Shown: positions 9,438 through 18,992, counted from the first letter of the stretch. The stretch: DNA of 55,270 bases from an uncultured Clostridia bacterium (GCA_947631145.1 CANRKF010000002.1:1-55270), one strand, 5' to 3'. Notes: generated by a model from the sequence alone, not told the origin. Program-made: numbers and translations.

Positions 9438-10910
9438 ATGGATATTACAAAATTAACTGTACATGAAATTCAAGAAAAGCTAAAATCAAAAGAACTTACA
9501 ATAACACAAATAACTAAAGCTTATGTAGAAAATATAGAAAATAAAGAAAAAGATGTACAAGCCTTTATTACACCACTAAAGAAAGAAGCATTAAAACAAG
9601 CTGAAGAAATTCAGAAAAAAGTTGAGAAAAAAGAAATAACAAATTCTTTAGCAGGAATTCCTATAGGAATAAAAGACAATATTTGTACTAAAGGACTAAA
9701 AACAACTTGTGCATCTAAAATGTTGGAAAATTTTGTTGCACCTTATGATGCAACAGTAATGGAAAAAATAAATAACGAAAATATGATAAACTTAGGAAAA
9801 CTTAACATGGACGAATTCGCAATGGGGGGCTCTACAGAATATTCATATTTTCAAAAAACTAGAAATCCATGGGATTTAAATAGAGTACCGGGAGGATCTT
9901 CAGGAGGAAGTGCTGCAGCAGTTGCAGCCAATATGGTACCTTGGGCGCTTGGCTCAGATACAGGAGGATCAATTCGTCAGCCAGCATCATTTTGTGGAGT
10001 AGTAGGGCTAAAGCCAACCTATGGCTTAGTATCTAGATATGGGCTAGTAGCATTTGCATCATCGTTAGATCAAATAGGTCCAATTACAAAAGACGTACAA
10101 GATTCAGCAATATTATTAAATGTAATAGCAGGACATGACGAAAAAGATACAACATCTGTAAAAAAAGAAAAAATAGATTATACAAAAGCATTAAAAAATG
10201 ATGTTAAAGGACTAAAAATAGGCATACCAAAAGAATATTTTGGAGAAGGTATTAATGCCGAAGTAAAGCAAAGTTTAGAAGAAGCAATAGAAACTTATAA
10301 AAAACTTGGAGCAACAGTAGAAGAATTCTCATTAAACATTGCAGATTATGCCCTAGCTACTTATTACATTATAGCTTGTGCAGAAGCAAGTTCAAATTTA
10401 GGAAGATTTGATGGAATTCGTTATGGATACAGAGCAGAAAATTATGAAAATTTAAAAGAGCTTTATCGTAACTCTAGAAGTGAAGGCTTTGGACCAGAAG
10501 TAAAAAGAAGAATAATATTAGGTACTTATGTACTTTCTTCAGGATACTATGATGCTTATTATAAAAAAGCACAGCAAGTAAGAACCTTAGTAAAAGAAGA
10601 ATTTGATAAAGCATTTGAAAAATATGATGTACTTTTAACACCAACTGCACCAACCGTTGCATTTGAAATAGGTACAAGATCAAATAATCCATTAGAAATG
10701 TATTTAGCAGATATTTGCACAGTTTCTGTTAATATTGCAGGTTTACCAGCAATTTCTATACCTTGTGGCATAGATAGTCAGGGTATGCCAATAGGAATGC
10801 AGTTAATAGGAAATAAGTTCCAAGAAGAAACTATTTTAAATTCTGCATATACTTATGAGCAAAATTGTCGCGTTAGGGACGTTTCTAAAAGCGACAAAAT
10901 GTCGCACTAG
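9438..10910 (+). CDS. gatA: Asp/Glu-tRNA amidotransferase subunit A
   Basis: Amidase signature [12 protein letters not shown]. The last ~13 codons ([14 protein letters not shown]) and the stop codon are supplied by the GC-rich repeat element. Confidence 0.93.
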   Translation: MDITKLTVHEIQEKLKSKELTITQITKAYVENIENKEKDVQAFITPLKKEALKQAEEIQKKVEKKEITNSLAGIPIGIKDNICTKGLKTTCASKMLENFVAPYDATVMEKINNENMINLGKLNMDEFAMGGSTEYSYFQKTRNPWDLNRVPGGSSGGSAAAVAANMVPWALGSDTGGSIRQPASFCGVVGLKPTYGLVSRYGLVAFASSLDQIGPITKDVQDSAILLNVIAGHDEKDTTSVKKEKIDYTKALKNDVKGLKIGIPKEYFGEGINAEVKQSLEEAIETYKKLGATVEEFSLNIADYALATYYIIACAEASSNLGRFDGIRYGYRAENYENLKELYRNSRSEGFGPEVKRRIILGTYVLSSGYYDAYYKKAQQVRTLVKEEFDKAFEKYDVLLTPTAPTVAFEIGTRSNNPLEMYLADICTVSVNIAGLPAISIPCGIDSQGMPIGMQLIGNKFQEETILNSAYTYEQNCRVRDVSKSDKMSH

Positions 10911-11014
10911 TGCCACATCTTAAAGGACATATGTCCCAAAGGCGACAAAGTGTCGCGTAAAGAAACGTCCCCGAGGCGACAAAGTGTCGCATAAAGAAAC
11001 GTCCCCAACGCGAC
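10867..11014. repeat. GC-rich composite palindromic element inserted at the gatA/gatB junction (copy 1; copy 2 at 35202-35259)
   Basis: GTCGC(10867) GGGACGTTTCT(10876) GCGAC(10891) GTCGC(10901), then GGACATATGTCC(10925). Two inverted units follow: GCGAC-aaagt-GTCGC-n4-AGAAACGTCCC (10942-10971, 10976-11005) plus GCGAC(11010). Confidence 0.85.
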
Positions 11015-11030
11015 AAAATGGAGGTAAAAA

Positions 11031-12470
11031 ATGTTAAGAGAAGATTATGAAGTAGTAATAGGATTGGAAGTGCACGCAGAACTTTCAACAAAAACAAAAA
11101 TATTTTGTAGCTGCCCTACAGAATTTGGAGCAGCACCAAATACACATACTTGCCCAGTTTGTATGGCAATGCCGGGAGCACTTCCTGTTTTAAATGAAAA
11201 AGTTGTAGAATATGCAGTAAAAGCAGGACTTGCAACCAATTGCTCTATTACAAAAGAAAGCAAAAATGATAGAAAAAATTATTTTTATCCAGATCTTCCG
11301 AAATCTTACCAAATATCACAATTTGATAAGCCACTTTGCACAAATGGAAGAGTAGATATTGAAGAAGATGGAAAAACTAAAACAATAGGAATTACTAGAA
11401 TTCATATTGAAGAAGATGCTGGAAAATTAAATCATAATGAATTTGGAAGCGGAAGCTTGGTAGATTTAAATAGGGCAGGAGTTCCGTTAATAGAAATTGT
11501 ATCTGAGCCAGACATGCGTTCAAGCAAAGATGCAGAAAACTATTTAAGAAAAATAAAATCAATTTTAGAATATATAGAAGTATCAGATTGTAAAATGCAA
11601 GAAGGTTCTTTAAGAGCTGATGTCAATGTTTCTGTTAGAAAAAAGGGAGCAAAAGAATTTGGCACACGTACAGAAATGAAAAATATGAACTCTTTTAGGT
11701 CAATAGTAAGAGCTATTGATTATGAAGCAGAAAGACAAATAGAAGTAATAGAAAATGGTGGAAAAATAGATCAAGAAACTTTAAGATGGGATGATGTATC
11801 TGGCAAAACATTTTCAATGAGAGATAAAGAAGATGCACAAGATTATAGGTATTTCCCAGAGCCAGACTTAGTAGCCATTCGTTTATCTAATGAATATATA
11901 GAAAATATTCGTAAAAACTTGCCAGAATTACCAGAAAGCAGAAAGAAAAGATATTTAGAAGAATATAAATTAACAGAAAAAGAAGCTAAAATGCTAACTG
12001 CATCAAAATATATGTCTAATTTATTTGAAGAAGCTTTAAAAATATGTGGAAATGCAAAAGCTGTTTCAAACTGGCTACTTTCAGATGTTTCTAGAATATT
12101 AAATGAAAAAGAAATAGAACCAGATCAAATACCTTTTACAGCCGAAAACTTAGCAAAAATGATTATGCTAATTGAAAAAGGAACAATTAGTTCTGCAATT
12201 GGTAAAAAGGTACTAGAGGAATTATTTGAAAATCCAAAAGATCCAGAAAAAATAATAGAAGAAAAAGGCTGGATTCAAATTTCAGACGAAGGTGCTATTA
12301 AAGAAGTAGTAATGAAAATATTAGAAAATAACCCACAATCAATTGCAGACTTTAAAGCAGGAAAAGATAGAGCTTTAGGCTTTTTAGTAGGTCAAGCAAT
12401 GAAAGAAACAAAGGGAAAAGCAAACCCTAAAATGTTAAATGATATGTTCTTAGAAGAATTAAATAAATAA
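11031..12470 (+). CDS. gatB: Asp/Glu-tRNA amidotransferase subunit B
   Basis: 479 aa with YEVVIGLEVHAEL N-terminus and a C-terminal YqeY-like tail. GGAGG RBS. Confidence 0.93.
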   Translation: MLREDYEVVIGLEVHAELSTKTKIFCSCPTEFGAAPNTHTCPVCMAMPGALPVLNEKVVEYAVKAGLATNCSITKESKNDRKNYFYPDLPKSYQISQFDKPLCTNGRVDIEEDGKTKTIGITRIHIEEDAGKLNHNEFGSGSLVDLNRAGVPLIEIVSEPDMRSSKDAENYLRKIKSILEYIEVSDCKMQEGSLRADVNVSVRKKGAKEFGTRTEMKNMNSFRSIVRAIDYEAERQIEVIENGGKIDQETLRWDDVSGKTFSMRDKEDAQDYRYFPEPDLVAIRLSNEYIENIRKNLPELPESRKKRYLEEYKLTEKEAKMLTASKYMSNLFEEALKICGNAKAVSNWLLSDVSRILNEKEIEPDQIPFTAENLAKMIMLIEKGTISSAIGKKVLEELFENPKDPEKIIEEKGWIQISDEGAIKEVVMKILENNPQSIADFKAGKDRALGFLVGQAMKETKGKANPKMLNDMFLEELNK

Positions 12471-12474
12471 TTTT

Positions 12475-12516
12475 AAACACTGGAAATTAAATAATCCAGT
12501 GTTTATTTAATTTTTT
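12475..12516. terminator. Rho-independent terminator after gatB (shared with the convergent small gene)
   Basis: AAACACTGGA aattaaataa TCCAGTGTTT followed by atttaatttttt. Confidence 0.7.
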
Positions 12517-12758
12517 AAATCCAACTTAATTTTGTTAAAAGAAAATCCACAAATAATAAAGAAAGAAATAAAAAACAAACTAGCTCTAAATAATGAAATA
12601 CCAATATAATATGTAATAGGAGTAGTATATAAAAAATCGTATGTAAGTAGAATTAAGCTAGCTATAAGGCTAATATAAAAAGAAAACTTAATTCCTGATT
12701 TTATAATACTAATAATTTTAGCATCCATATTTTTAAATTCAATTAATAACTGTTTCAT
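12507..12758 (-). CDS. Small hydrophobic hypothetical protein (2-3 predicted TM segments)
   Basis: ORF with hydrophobic stretches. ATG 12758 preferred over TTG 12770, which abuts the AGGAAGGA RBS. Confidence 0.4.
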   Translation of the reverse strand: MKQLLIEFKNMDAKIISIIKSGIKFSFYISLIASLILLTYDFLYTTPITYYIGISLFRASLFFISFFIICGFSFNKIKLDLKN

Positions 12759-12979
12759 AAATAATACCAATCCTTCCTAAAACACAAATCTGGTTTTTAA
12801 CTTTAAAACCTCGCAATTCATTATATAAAAAATAAAGGTAAAAAAATAATATCAACTAATATAATGTTAACATAAAAACAAACAAAAAACAAAGGTAATT
12901 TATACCATAAAAATTAGTTGCTTTCCAAATACTTATAGTACAAAGAATAAATAAAATGAGAGCCTTCTAAGCAAAGCAA

Positions 12980-13014
12980 AAAATTCAAAAAAAAAGATGC
13001 TATTTCTAGCATCT
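12980..13014 (-). terminator. rpsT terminator
   Basis: AGATGCTA tttc TAGCATCT hairpin, followed on the minus strand by a 9-nt T-run. Confidence 0.7.
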
Positions 13015-13141
13015 ATGTTTTAAAGAACATATTTTAAAAAACTGTGCACAATTTTTTAAAACTTAAGAAATTTATTAAGCTAAGAATTTCTTAAACTTTA
13101 AATATTTTTAAGCTTAGTATTCTAAACTAAAAAATTAAAAC

Positions 13142-13408
13142 TTAAGCATTCATAGCATTTAACTTTTTAGCCATATTAGATTTCTTTCTAGCTGCTGTGT
13201 TTTTAACAATAACACCTTTACTGCAAGCTTGATCTACCTTTTTAGTAGCTGCAGATAATAATTTTGTAGCTTCTTCTTTATTACCAGCTTCAACAGCTTG
13301 GTCAAATTTCTTTATAGCTGATTTATATCCAGTTTTAATCATATTATTTCTTGCTGTTTTAGTTTCAATAACTTTTACACGTTTAATAGCTGATTTAATA
13401 TTTGGCAT
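13142..13408 (-). CDS. rpsT: 30S ribosomal protein S20
   Basis: [13 protein letters not shown]... GGAGG RBS before ATG 13408. The listed ORF start at 13462 is an upstream extension. Confidence 0.93.
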   Translation of the reverse strand: MPNIKSAIKRVKVIETKTARNNMIKTGYKSAIKKFDQAVEAGNKEEATKLLSAATKKVDQACSKGVIVKNTAARKKSNMAKKLNAMNA

Positions 13409-13509
13409 GTAATAGCACCTCCTCTTTGATGTATTCAAAATTAACAGAATATATTTTAACATGTTTTTTATTAAATATCAAGTAATTTGTGCATATTTTC
13501 AAAAATACC

Positions 13510-13538
13510 TTGAAAAATTAAACGAAAACATATATAAT
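13510..13538 (+). promoter_or_regulatory. Sigma-A type promoter upstream of hpf
   Basis: TTGAAA (13510-13515), 17 nt spacer, TATAAT (13533-13538). Confidence 0.45.
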
Positions 13539-13584
13539 AAATTTACTCTAAGAAACATACAAAAAATTGGAAGGAGAGATTTAT

Positions 13585-14118
13585 ATGAACATTAAAATAG
13601 TAGGAAAAGAACTAAAAGCTACAGAAGCTATTAAAGACTACATAAATAAAAAATCAGAAAGACTAATAAAATATTTTGGAGAAAACTTTGATGTAACATC
13701 AACAATTAAAACAGAAGGAGGATTCCAAGTAGCAGAAATGGATGTAAAAACTCCAACAGATAGGTTTAGAGCAGTAACAGCACACAAAGATTTATATGCT
13801 TCTATTGATAAAGATATAGACATTTTAGAAGGTCAAGTTAGAAAAATGAAAACTAAAAAAGATCAACAAAACATGACAGAATCTATTAGAAATAAAGAAA
13901 TATCAAGAGTTTTTGAAGAGCATCCAATGGAAAATGAAATTATAAAAACATTATATTATGATATTAAACCATTAGCACCAGAAGATGCTAAATTAAAATT
14001 AGAAGAAAGACCACAAGATAGATTTTTAACATTTATTAATCTAGAAACAGGAAAAGTAAATGTAATTTATCGTTTAAAAGATAATAGAAACTATGGCCTA
14101 GTAGAACCAGAAGCTTAA
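13585..14118 (+). CDS. hpf: Ribosome hibernation promoting factor (long form, YvyD-like)
   Basis: MNIKIVGKELKATEAIKDYINKK... plus a C-terminal dimerisation-type tail. GGAAGGAGA RBS before ATG 13585. Confidence 0.88.
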   Translation: MNIKIVGKELKATEAIKDYINKKSERLIKYFGENFDVTSTIKTEGGFQVAEMDVKTPTDRFRAVTAHKDLYASIDKDIDILEGQVRKMKTKKDQQNMTESIRNKEISRVFEEHPMENEIIKTLYYDIKPLAPEDAKLKLEERPQDRFLTFINLETGKVNVIYRLKDNRNYGLVEPEA

Positions 14119-14250
14119 AGTATACATGGAAAATTATGATTTGATAAAGCTACAGGCTTAAAGTGTGCAATAAAGGCTATGGTCTAGCAAAGCCAGAAGC
14201 TTAAAACAGATAATAAAAACTATGATTTTAAAAAGCAAAAACTTAAAAAT

Positions 14251-14281
14251 AAAAGACTTCAAAGAAATTTGAGGTCTTTTT
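14251..14281 (+). terminator. hpf terminator
   Basis: AAAAGACTTCAAA gaa ATTTGAGGTCTTTT. Confidence 0.65.
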
Positions 14282-14309
14282 AAGTAATTATAATAGGAGC
14301 GATTAAAAA

Positions 14310-15191
14310 ATGTATGAATTAAATAAATTAGGGGAAAAAACCTACTATATAAAAAGCCCAAATAATGTTGGAATATACAAAACTAATGAAAATGAAGTAT
14401 ATTTAATAGACTCAGGAAGTGATAAAGATAATGGAAAGAAAATGCTAAAAATAGTAGAAGAACAAGGCTGGAAAGTAAAAGGAATTATCAATACACATTC
14501 AAATGCTGACCACATTGGAGGCAATAAAGTAATTCAAGAAAGAACTGGTTGTGAAATATTAGCCAACAAAATAGAAAAAGTAATTACAGAATATCCAATT
14601 TTAGAGCCATCATTTATATATGGAGGCTATCCATTCAAAGAATTGAACAATAAATTTTTACTAGCAAAGCCATCACAAAATGTGAAAGAAATAGAGCAAA
14701 ATCTACCAAAGGGCTTAGAAATAATAAACCTTCCGGGCCACTTCTTTGATATGGTAGGAATAAAAACTTGTGATAATGTTTACTTTTTGGCAGATTGTTT
14801 ATTTAGTAAAGAAACAATTGAAAAATATCACATATTTTTTATATATGATGTAAAAGCTTATTTAGAAACTTTAGAAATGCTAAAAACTCTAGAAGGAAAA
14901 GCATATGTACCTTCACACAACGAAATGATAACAGATTTAACAGAATTAATTGAAATAAACAAAAATAAAATAAATGAAATTTGTACCAACATTATACAAA
15001 TACTAGAAAAACCAATGACCTTTGAAAAACTCTTAAAAGAAATATTTAATACATACTCATTAGTTATGAATTTAAATCAATATGTATTAGTAGGAAGTAC
15101 CATACGTTCATATTTAGCTTATTTAAAAGACATAAATAAAATAGATTATGAAATAATAAATAATGAAATGATTTGGAAAATAATAAAATAA
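14310..15191 (+). CDS. MBL-fold metallo-hydrolase
   Basis: INTHSNADHIGG (HxHxDH-type motif), 293 aa. Confidence 0.75.
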   Translation: MYELNKLGEKTYYIKSPNNVGIYKTNENEVYLIDSGSDKDNGKKMLKIVEEQGWKVKGIINTHSNADHIGGNKVIQERTGCEILANKIEKVITEYPILEPSFIYGGYPFKELNNKFLLAKPSQNVKEIEQNLPKGLEIINLPGHFFDMVGIKTCDNVYFLADCLFSKETIEKYHIFFIYDVKAYLETLEMLKTLEGKAYVPSHNEMITDLTELIEINKNKINEICTNIIQILEKPMTFEKLLKEIFNTYSLVMNLNQYVLVGSTIRSYLAYLKDINKIDYEIINNEMIWKIIK

Positions 15192-15263
15192 AAATTAAAA
15201 GAATTTAATTATAAATATATTTTATTTAGATGAAAGATTACAAGTTCCTTCAGCATATTTTGA

Positions 15264-15527
15264 ACTTATAATTACAACTATATAAACACACTAAAAAAAT
15301 ATTATACGGAAAAAGAGCATGTTGCTAAAATGTACCCAGAAATTATAAAAGATTTTGAAAAATGGCTAAAAATGTATTGGAACGGCGAAAGACATGAAAT
15401 TTACAAAAATAAAAATATTTTTAATATGGAAAATGAAAAAGATTTTTCTCAAGCAATTATATACTATATATCTGGTATGACTGATAACTATGCAATAGAT
15501 ATGTATAATAAAATAATAAGTTTTTAA
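15264..15527 (+). pseudogene. 3' remnant of a dGTPase-like HD-domain triphosphohydrolase gene
   Basis: Only the C-terminal ~85 codons are open (in-frame stop at 15261). The tail IYYISGMTDNYAIDMYNKI matches the conserved (D/Y)YI(S/A)GMTD-YA end of dGTPase family proteins. No N-terminal HD region is present. Confidence 0.55.
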
Positions 15528-15542
15528 AGAGAAAATTGAAAA

Positions 15543-15598
15543 ATATAGCCAATAAACTTATTTCATATTGTTTTCAGTTTGTCAAATTATTTTTTTTG
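15543..15598. repeat. Left direct repeat: decayed duplicate of the SASP gene 3' end (att-like)
   Basis: atatagcCaataaacttatttcatattgttttcagTttgtCAAatTattttttt compared with 29372-29427. The 27-bp core aataaacttatttcatattgttttcag is identical (15551-15577 = 29380-29406). Confidence 0.8.
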
Positions 15599-15693
15599 AC
15601 TAATTTGCAATAAAACACCTGACTTTTTTGCAATAAAATATTTGACTAATTTGCAGTATAACTATTGACTTTTTTGCAATAAAAAATTAAAAT
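15596..15693 (+). promoter_or_regulatory. Four 23-bp phased direct repeats (iteron/operator-like); the last one provides a -35 for a promoter
   Basis: TTGACT(aa/tt)TTTGCA(a/g)TA(a/t)AA units start at 15596, 15619, 15642 and 15665, exactly 23 bp apart. TTGACT 15665, 17 nt spacer, TAAAAT 15688-15693. Confidence 0.6.
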
Positions 15694-15728
15694 ATAAATA
15701 AGTATATTTTTGTGGGGGGAATTGAAAA

Positions 15729-16934
15729 ATGTATGAAAGAGAAGTTAAAGAAAGAATAAAAAAAATCAATGATACATTTAGAGTATTAGTAGTAACAGGA
15801 CCAAGACAAGTTGGAAAAACTACTTTACTTGAAAGTGTAATGCCAAAAAATATGATAAAAGTTTCGTTAGATGATGAAGTTTTGCGAAAAGAAGCAAAGG
15901 AAAATCCAAAAATATTTTTAGATTCATATCCTACGCCACTTTTTATTGATGAAGTACAATATGCTCCGGAGTTATTTCCATATATAAAGATGAAGGTAGA
16001 TAAAGATAAAACAAGAGGTCAATATTGGCTATCAGGCTCTCAATTATTTGACCTTATGAAAAATGTTACAGAATCACTTGCAGGTAGAGCAGGAATAGTT
16101 AAAATGAATAGCTTTACTTATAGTGAAATTGTGAGAAATACTGAAAAAGAAGTATTTGATCCAGATAACCTAAAACAACATGAATATATAAATGTAAATG
16201 AAATATTTGAAAGAATTTTTAATGGAGGAATGCCAGAGTTATATGATATAGAAGATATGGACCGAAATGATTTTTATTATTCGTACATAAATACCTATAT
16301 AGAAAAAGACATTAAGAAAATAAAAAATATAGGTAATGTAGAAGCATTTAAAAAATTTATGAGAGATGTAGCTATAAGAACTGGTACTACGTTAAATTAT
16401 TCTGATATTGCAAACGATGTGGGCGTTTCAGTAAATACAATTAAAGACTGGTTCTCAATATTAGTAAACACAGGACTTGTATATTTATTAGAACCATATT
16501 CGTCAAATAGAATAAAAAGGCTTACTCATATGCCTAAAATAATATTTATGGATTTAGGCTTAGCGTGTTATTTAGCTAATTGGGAAAGTGCTAAAGCATT
16601 GCAATTAAGCGATTTATCGGGGCATTTTTTTGAATCATATGTGATTTCTGAACTTATAAAAACTTATGATAATAAAGGAATACGTTTGGATATATCACAT
16701 TTTAGAAATAAAGAAACAGAAGAAATTGATTTAATTATATTTAAAAACAATACATTATATCCATTAGAAATAAAGAAAACAGCAAATCCAAGAAAAGATA
16801 TGATGAAAAACTTTAAGTATCTTGAAAAAACAAATATGAAAATAGGGCAAGGTGGAATTATTTGTTTATATGATAAGTTAATGAAATTAGATGAAAATAA
16901 TTATATTATACCAGTTTCTAGTGTAATAAAATAA
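15729..16934 (+). CDS. AAA+ ATPase of the COG1373 type (AAA_14 N-domain plus DUF4143-like C-domain)
   Basis: Walker A VVTGPRQVGKTTLL, Walker B LFIDEVQY, and LAGRA motif typical of this family. Confidence 0.8.
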   Translation: MYEREVKERIKKINDTFRVLVVTGPRQVGKTTLLESVMPKNMIKVSLDDEVLRKEAKENPKIFLDSYPTPLFIDEVQYAPELFPYIKMKVDKDKTRGQYWLSGSQLFDLMKNVTESLAGRAGIVKMNSFTYSEIVRNTEKEVFDPDNLKQHEYINVNEIFERIFNGGMPELYDIEDMDRNDFYYSYINTYIEKDIKKIKNIGNVEAFKKFMRDVAIRTGTTLNYSDIANDVGVSVNTIKDWFSILVNTGLVYLLEPYSSNRIKRLTHMPKIIFMDLGLACYLANWESAKALQLSDLSGHFFESYVISELIKTYDNKGIRLDISHFRNKETEEIDLIIFKNNTLYPLEIKKTANPRKDMMKNFKYLEKTNMKIGQGGIICLYDKLMKLDENNYIIPVSSVIK

Positions 16935-16985
16935 AATTAAAATATAAATTAAATAGTAATAATAGTAGAAAAAGAGGATATAAAG

Positions 16986-18056
16986 ATGGATGAAAAAAGA
17001 TGTATATTATGTAATAAACCATATAATTATAAATATGTAATGTTTGGAAGAAGCTGTTTAGATAACCTATATGATTTATTGGGATTTTCTAAATCACCAA
17101 GAATAATTTGGAATAAAGAATTATACTTATGTACAAGAATAGCTTGGAAAAATCATAAGTTTTTTCTTAATAAAAAGAAAAAATATGCATTAGCACAAAA
17201 ATATATAGCTTTAACTTATCTAAATACGATGAATTATGAAGCACTAGAAGATATAAAAGAAAAAATTTTAAATGATATAAAAAATATTAAAACATTTTCG
17301 AAAAATATAATAGAGACAATTTCTTTTTCATTAAATGAAGTATATAAATTGGTTAACTATGTACATAAATTTAATGAAATTTTAGAAGAAATAAAAGAAT
17401 TTAATTGGGAAGAAGCAGATGAAGAGATTGCAGAAAAATTCATAAAAAACATGAGCTTCATTTTTGATTTAACCAAAAAGACAAATCCAATTTCATATGC
17501 AGTATTTTATTCAATGCAATATATATTTTGGCAAGTTGTAGTTGTAGGAGGAATATTAGCTAATATGAAATTGTCTGCTAGATTATTATCTAATTCATTA
17601 TCCATATTTGGACAGCAACCACAGGATTTAGTAATAGACGATGATGAAATAACGAAATTAATAATAGAAAATAAAAGCTTTAAAGAAAAAATAGATCAGT
17701 TAATAAAAAAATATGGACAAGATAGAGAAGATTTTATTGTAAATAATGAGGCACCAAAGGAAGATATTTTAATTAGATTTAATGGAGGAGATTTGTTATA
17801 TGCACTACATGATGCTACAATGCTTGTTAATGCCAAAAAAGACCAAGACAACAAATGGAAATTTGAAATAGAGATAAATGATATTTATGATTTTACAGAT
17901 TTCAAAGATTTAAAGGAATATGCAGATGCAGAAGAAAAGATCAGAGATATATTTTCAAGTACATTAAATAATTTGGGAGTTGTATCAAGTGAATATGGAG
18001 TTATCCAAAAATTTAACTTAAAAATTAAATTTGAAACAAAAGAAGGAGAATTTTAA
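16986..18056 (+). CDS. Hypothetical protein with an N-terminal Cys pair motif and a central hydrophobic segment
   Basis: 356-aa ORF with GAGGA RBS, CILCN...GRSC near the N-terminus, and VVVVGGILANM as a hydrophobic stretch. No family recognised. Confidence 0.6.
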   Translation: MDEKRCILCNKPYNYKYVMFGRSCLDNLYDLLGFSKSPRIIWNKELYLCTRIAWKNHKFFLNKKKKYALAQKYIALTYLNTMNYEALEDIKEKILNDIKNIKTFSKNIIETISFSLNEVYKLVNYVHKFNEILEEIKEFNWEEADEEIAEKFIKNMSFIFDLTKKTNPISYAVFYSMQYIFWQVVVVGGILANMKLSARLLSNSLSIFGQQPQDLVIDDDEITKLIIENKSFKEKIDQLIKKYGQDREDFIVNNEAPKEDILIRFNGGDLLYALHDATMLVNAKKDQDNKWKFEIEINDIYDFTDFKDLKEYADAEEKIRDIFSSTLNNLGVVSSEYGVIQKFNLKIKFETKEGEF

Positions 18057-18077
18057 ATTTTATAGGAGATGTTCTTA

Positions 18078-18893
18078 TTGAAAAAAGAAAAGCTAAAAAC
18101 AATTGCATTAGTTATAGCTATAATTATTATATGGTCATTAATTATATATATTTTTATATTAAAATATTTAAAAATGGATGATGATTACAAAAAATTTGGA
18201 CTAGACATTGAGTATCATGACGTAAAATATTGTACCATATTTGAAGATGATATATTTGAAAAATACAAAGTATATAAAATAAGCAATAGTAGCATAAAAG
18301 AGTTGGAAAAACAATTAGAAAATAGTAAGTTATGGAGTAGAAAAAAATATTATGAATATGTAATGAATGAATTTTATGATATTAAAGAAAATGATAACAC
18401 AATTCCAATAGATAGAGAGGATATATATTATTATGAAAATGGATATGCAATATTTGATGTAAAAAATGCAAAACTATATTATCTTGAAAGTAATCCTTAT
18501 AAACATCATAAAGATTACAGTGAAATTTTAGGAGTAAAAACAAAAAACTATGAAGCAAGAGAAATATATAGTGTAAGAGGTGGTCCGCAAAATGATGGTA
18601 CGGATTATTATACATACCAATTTACAGAAGAACAAGGAAAAGAGATAATTAATACATTAGAGAAAAGTCCAAAATGGAATAAAAGTAGATTAGAAGATGA
18701 TAAACTAGATGATTTTGAATATAATAAAGAAATACTTTCAATAGAAAATGGATATTATCACTATGAAAAAGTATGTAGAACAAGTGATGAAAACAAAAAA
18801 CATAATTTTACAGATGAAGAAGCAACAGGTTGGGAAATAGGTGTTTATGATGTTGATAAAAATATTTTATATTATTATTGGACAAGTTATTAA
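18078..18893 (+). CDS. Hypothetical membrane-anchored protein
   Basis: N-terminal TM segment TIALVIAIIIIWSLIIYIFIL and a recurring ENGY..(Y/F) motif. AGGAG abuts ATG 18069, so in-frame TTG 18078 is the likelier start. Confidence 0.55.
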   Translation: MKKEKLKTIALVIAIIIIWSLIIYIFILKYLKMDDDYKKFGLDIEYHDVKYCTIFEDDIFEKYKVYKISNSSIKELEKQLENSKLWSRKKYYEYVMNEFYDIKENDNTIPIDREDIYYYENGYAIFDVKNAKLYYLESNPYKHHKDYSEILGVKTKNYEAREIYSVRGGPQNDGTDYYTYQFTEEQGKEIINTLEKSPKWNKSRLEDDKLDDFEYNKEILSIENGYYHYEKVCRTSDENKKHNFTDEEATGWEIGVYDVDKNILYYYWTSY

Positions 18894-18960
18894 TGCAATA
18901 AAGATAAATATTTACAGTTAAATCAGTTGAACTCTACTAATAAGTGAAAGCTGTAAAATC

Positions 18961-18992
18961 AAAAAGGTAAAGAATCTGCTCTTTACCTTTTA
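18961..18992 (+). terminator. Rho-independent terminator ending island unit A
   Basis: AAAAAGGTAAAGA atctgc TCTTTACCTTTT. Confidence 0.7.

Noticed and set aside
10474-11263. Listed ORFs 10474..10692(-), 10559..10771(-), 10885..11097(-) and 11045..11263(-).
   Set aside because: They are antisense to gatA and gatB or run through the palindromic element. They have no RBS and no recognisable domains.
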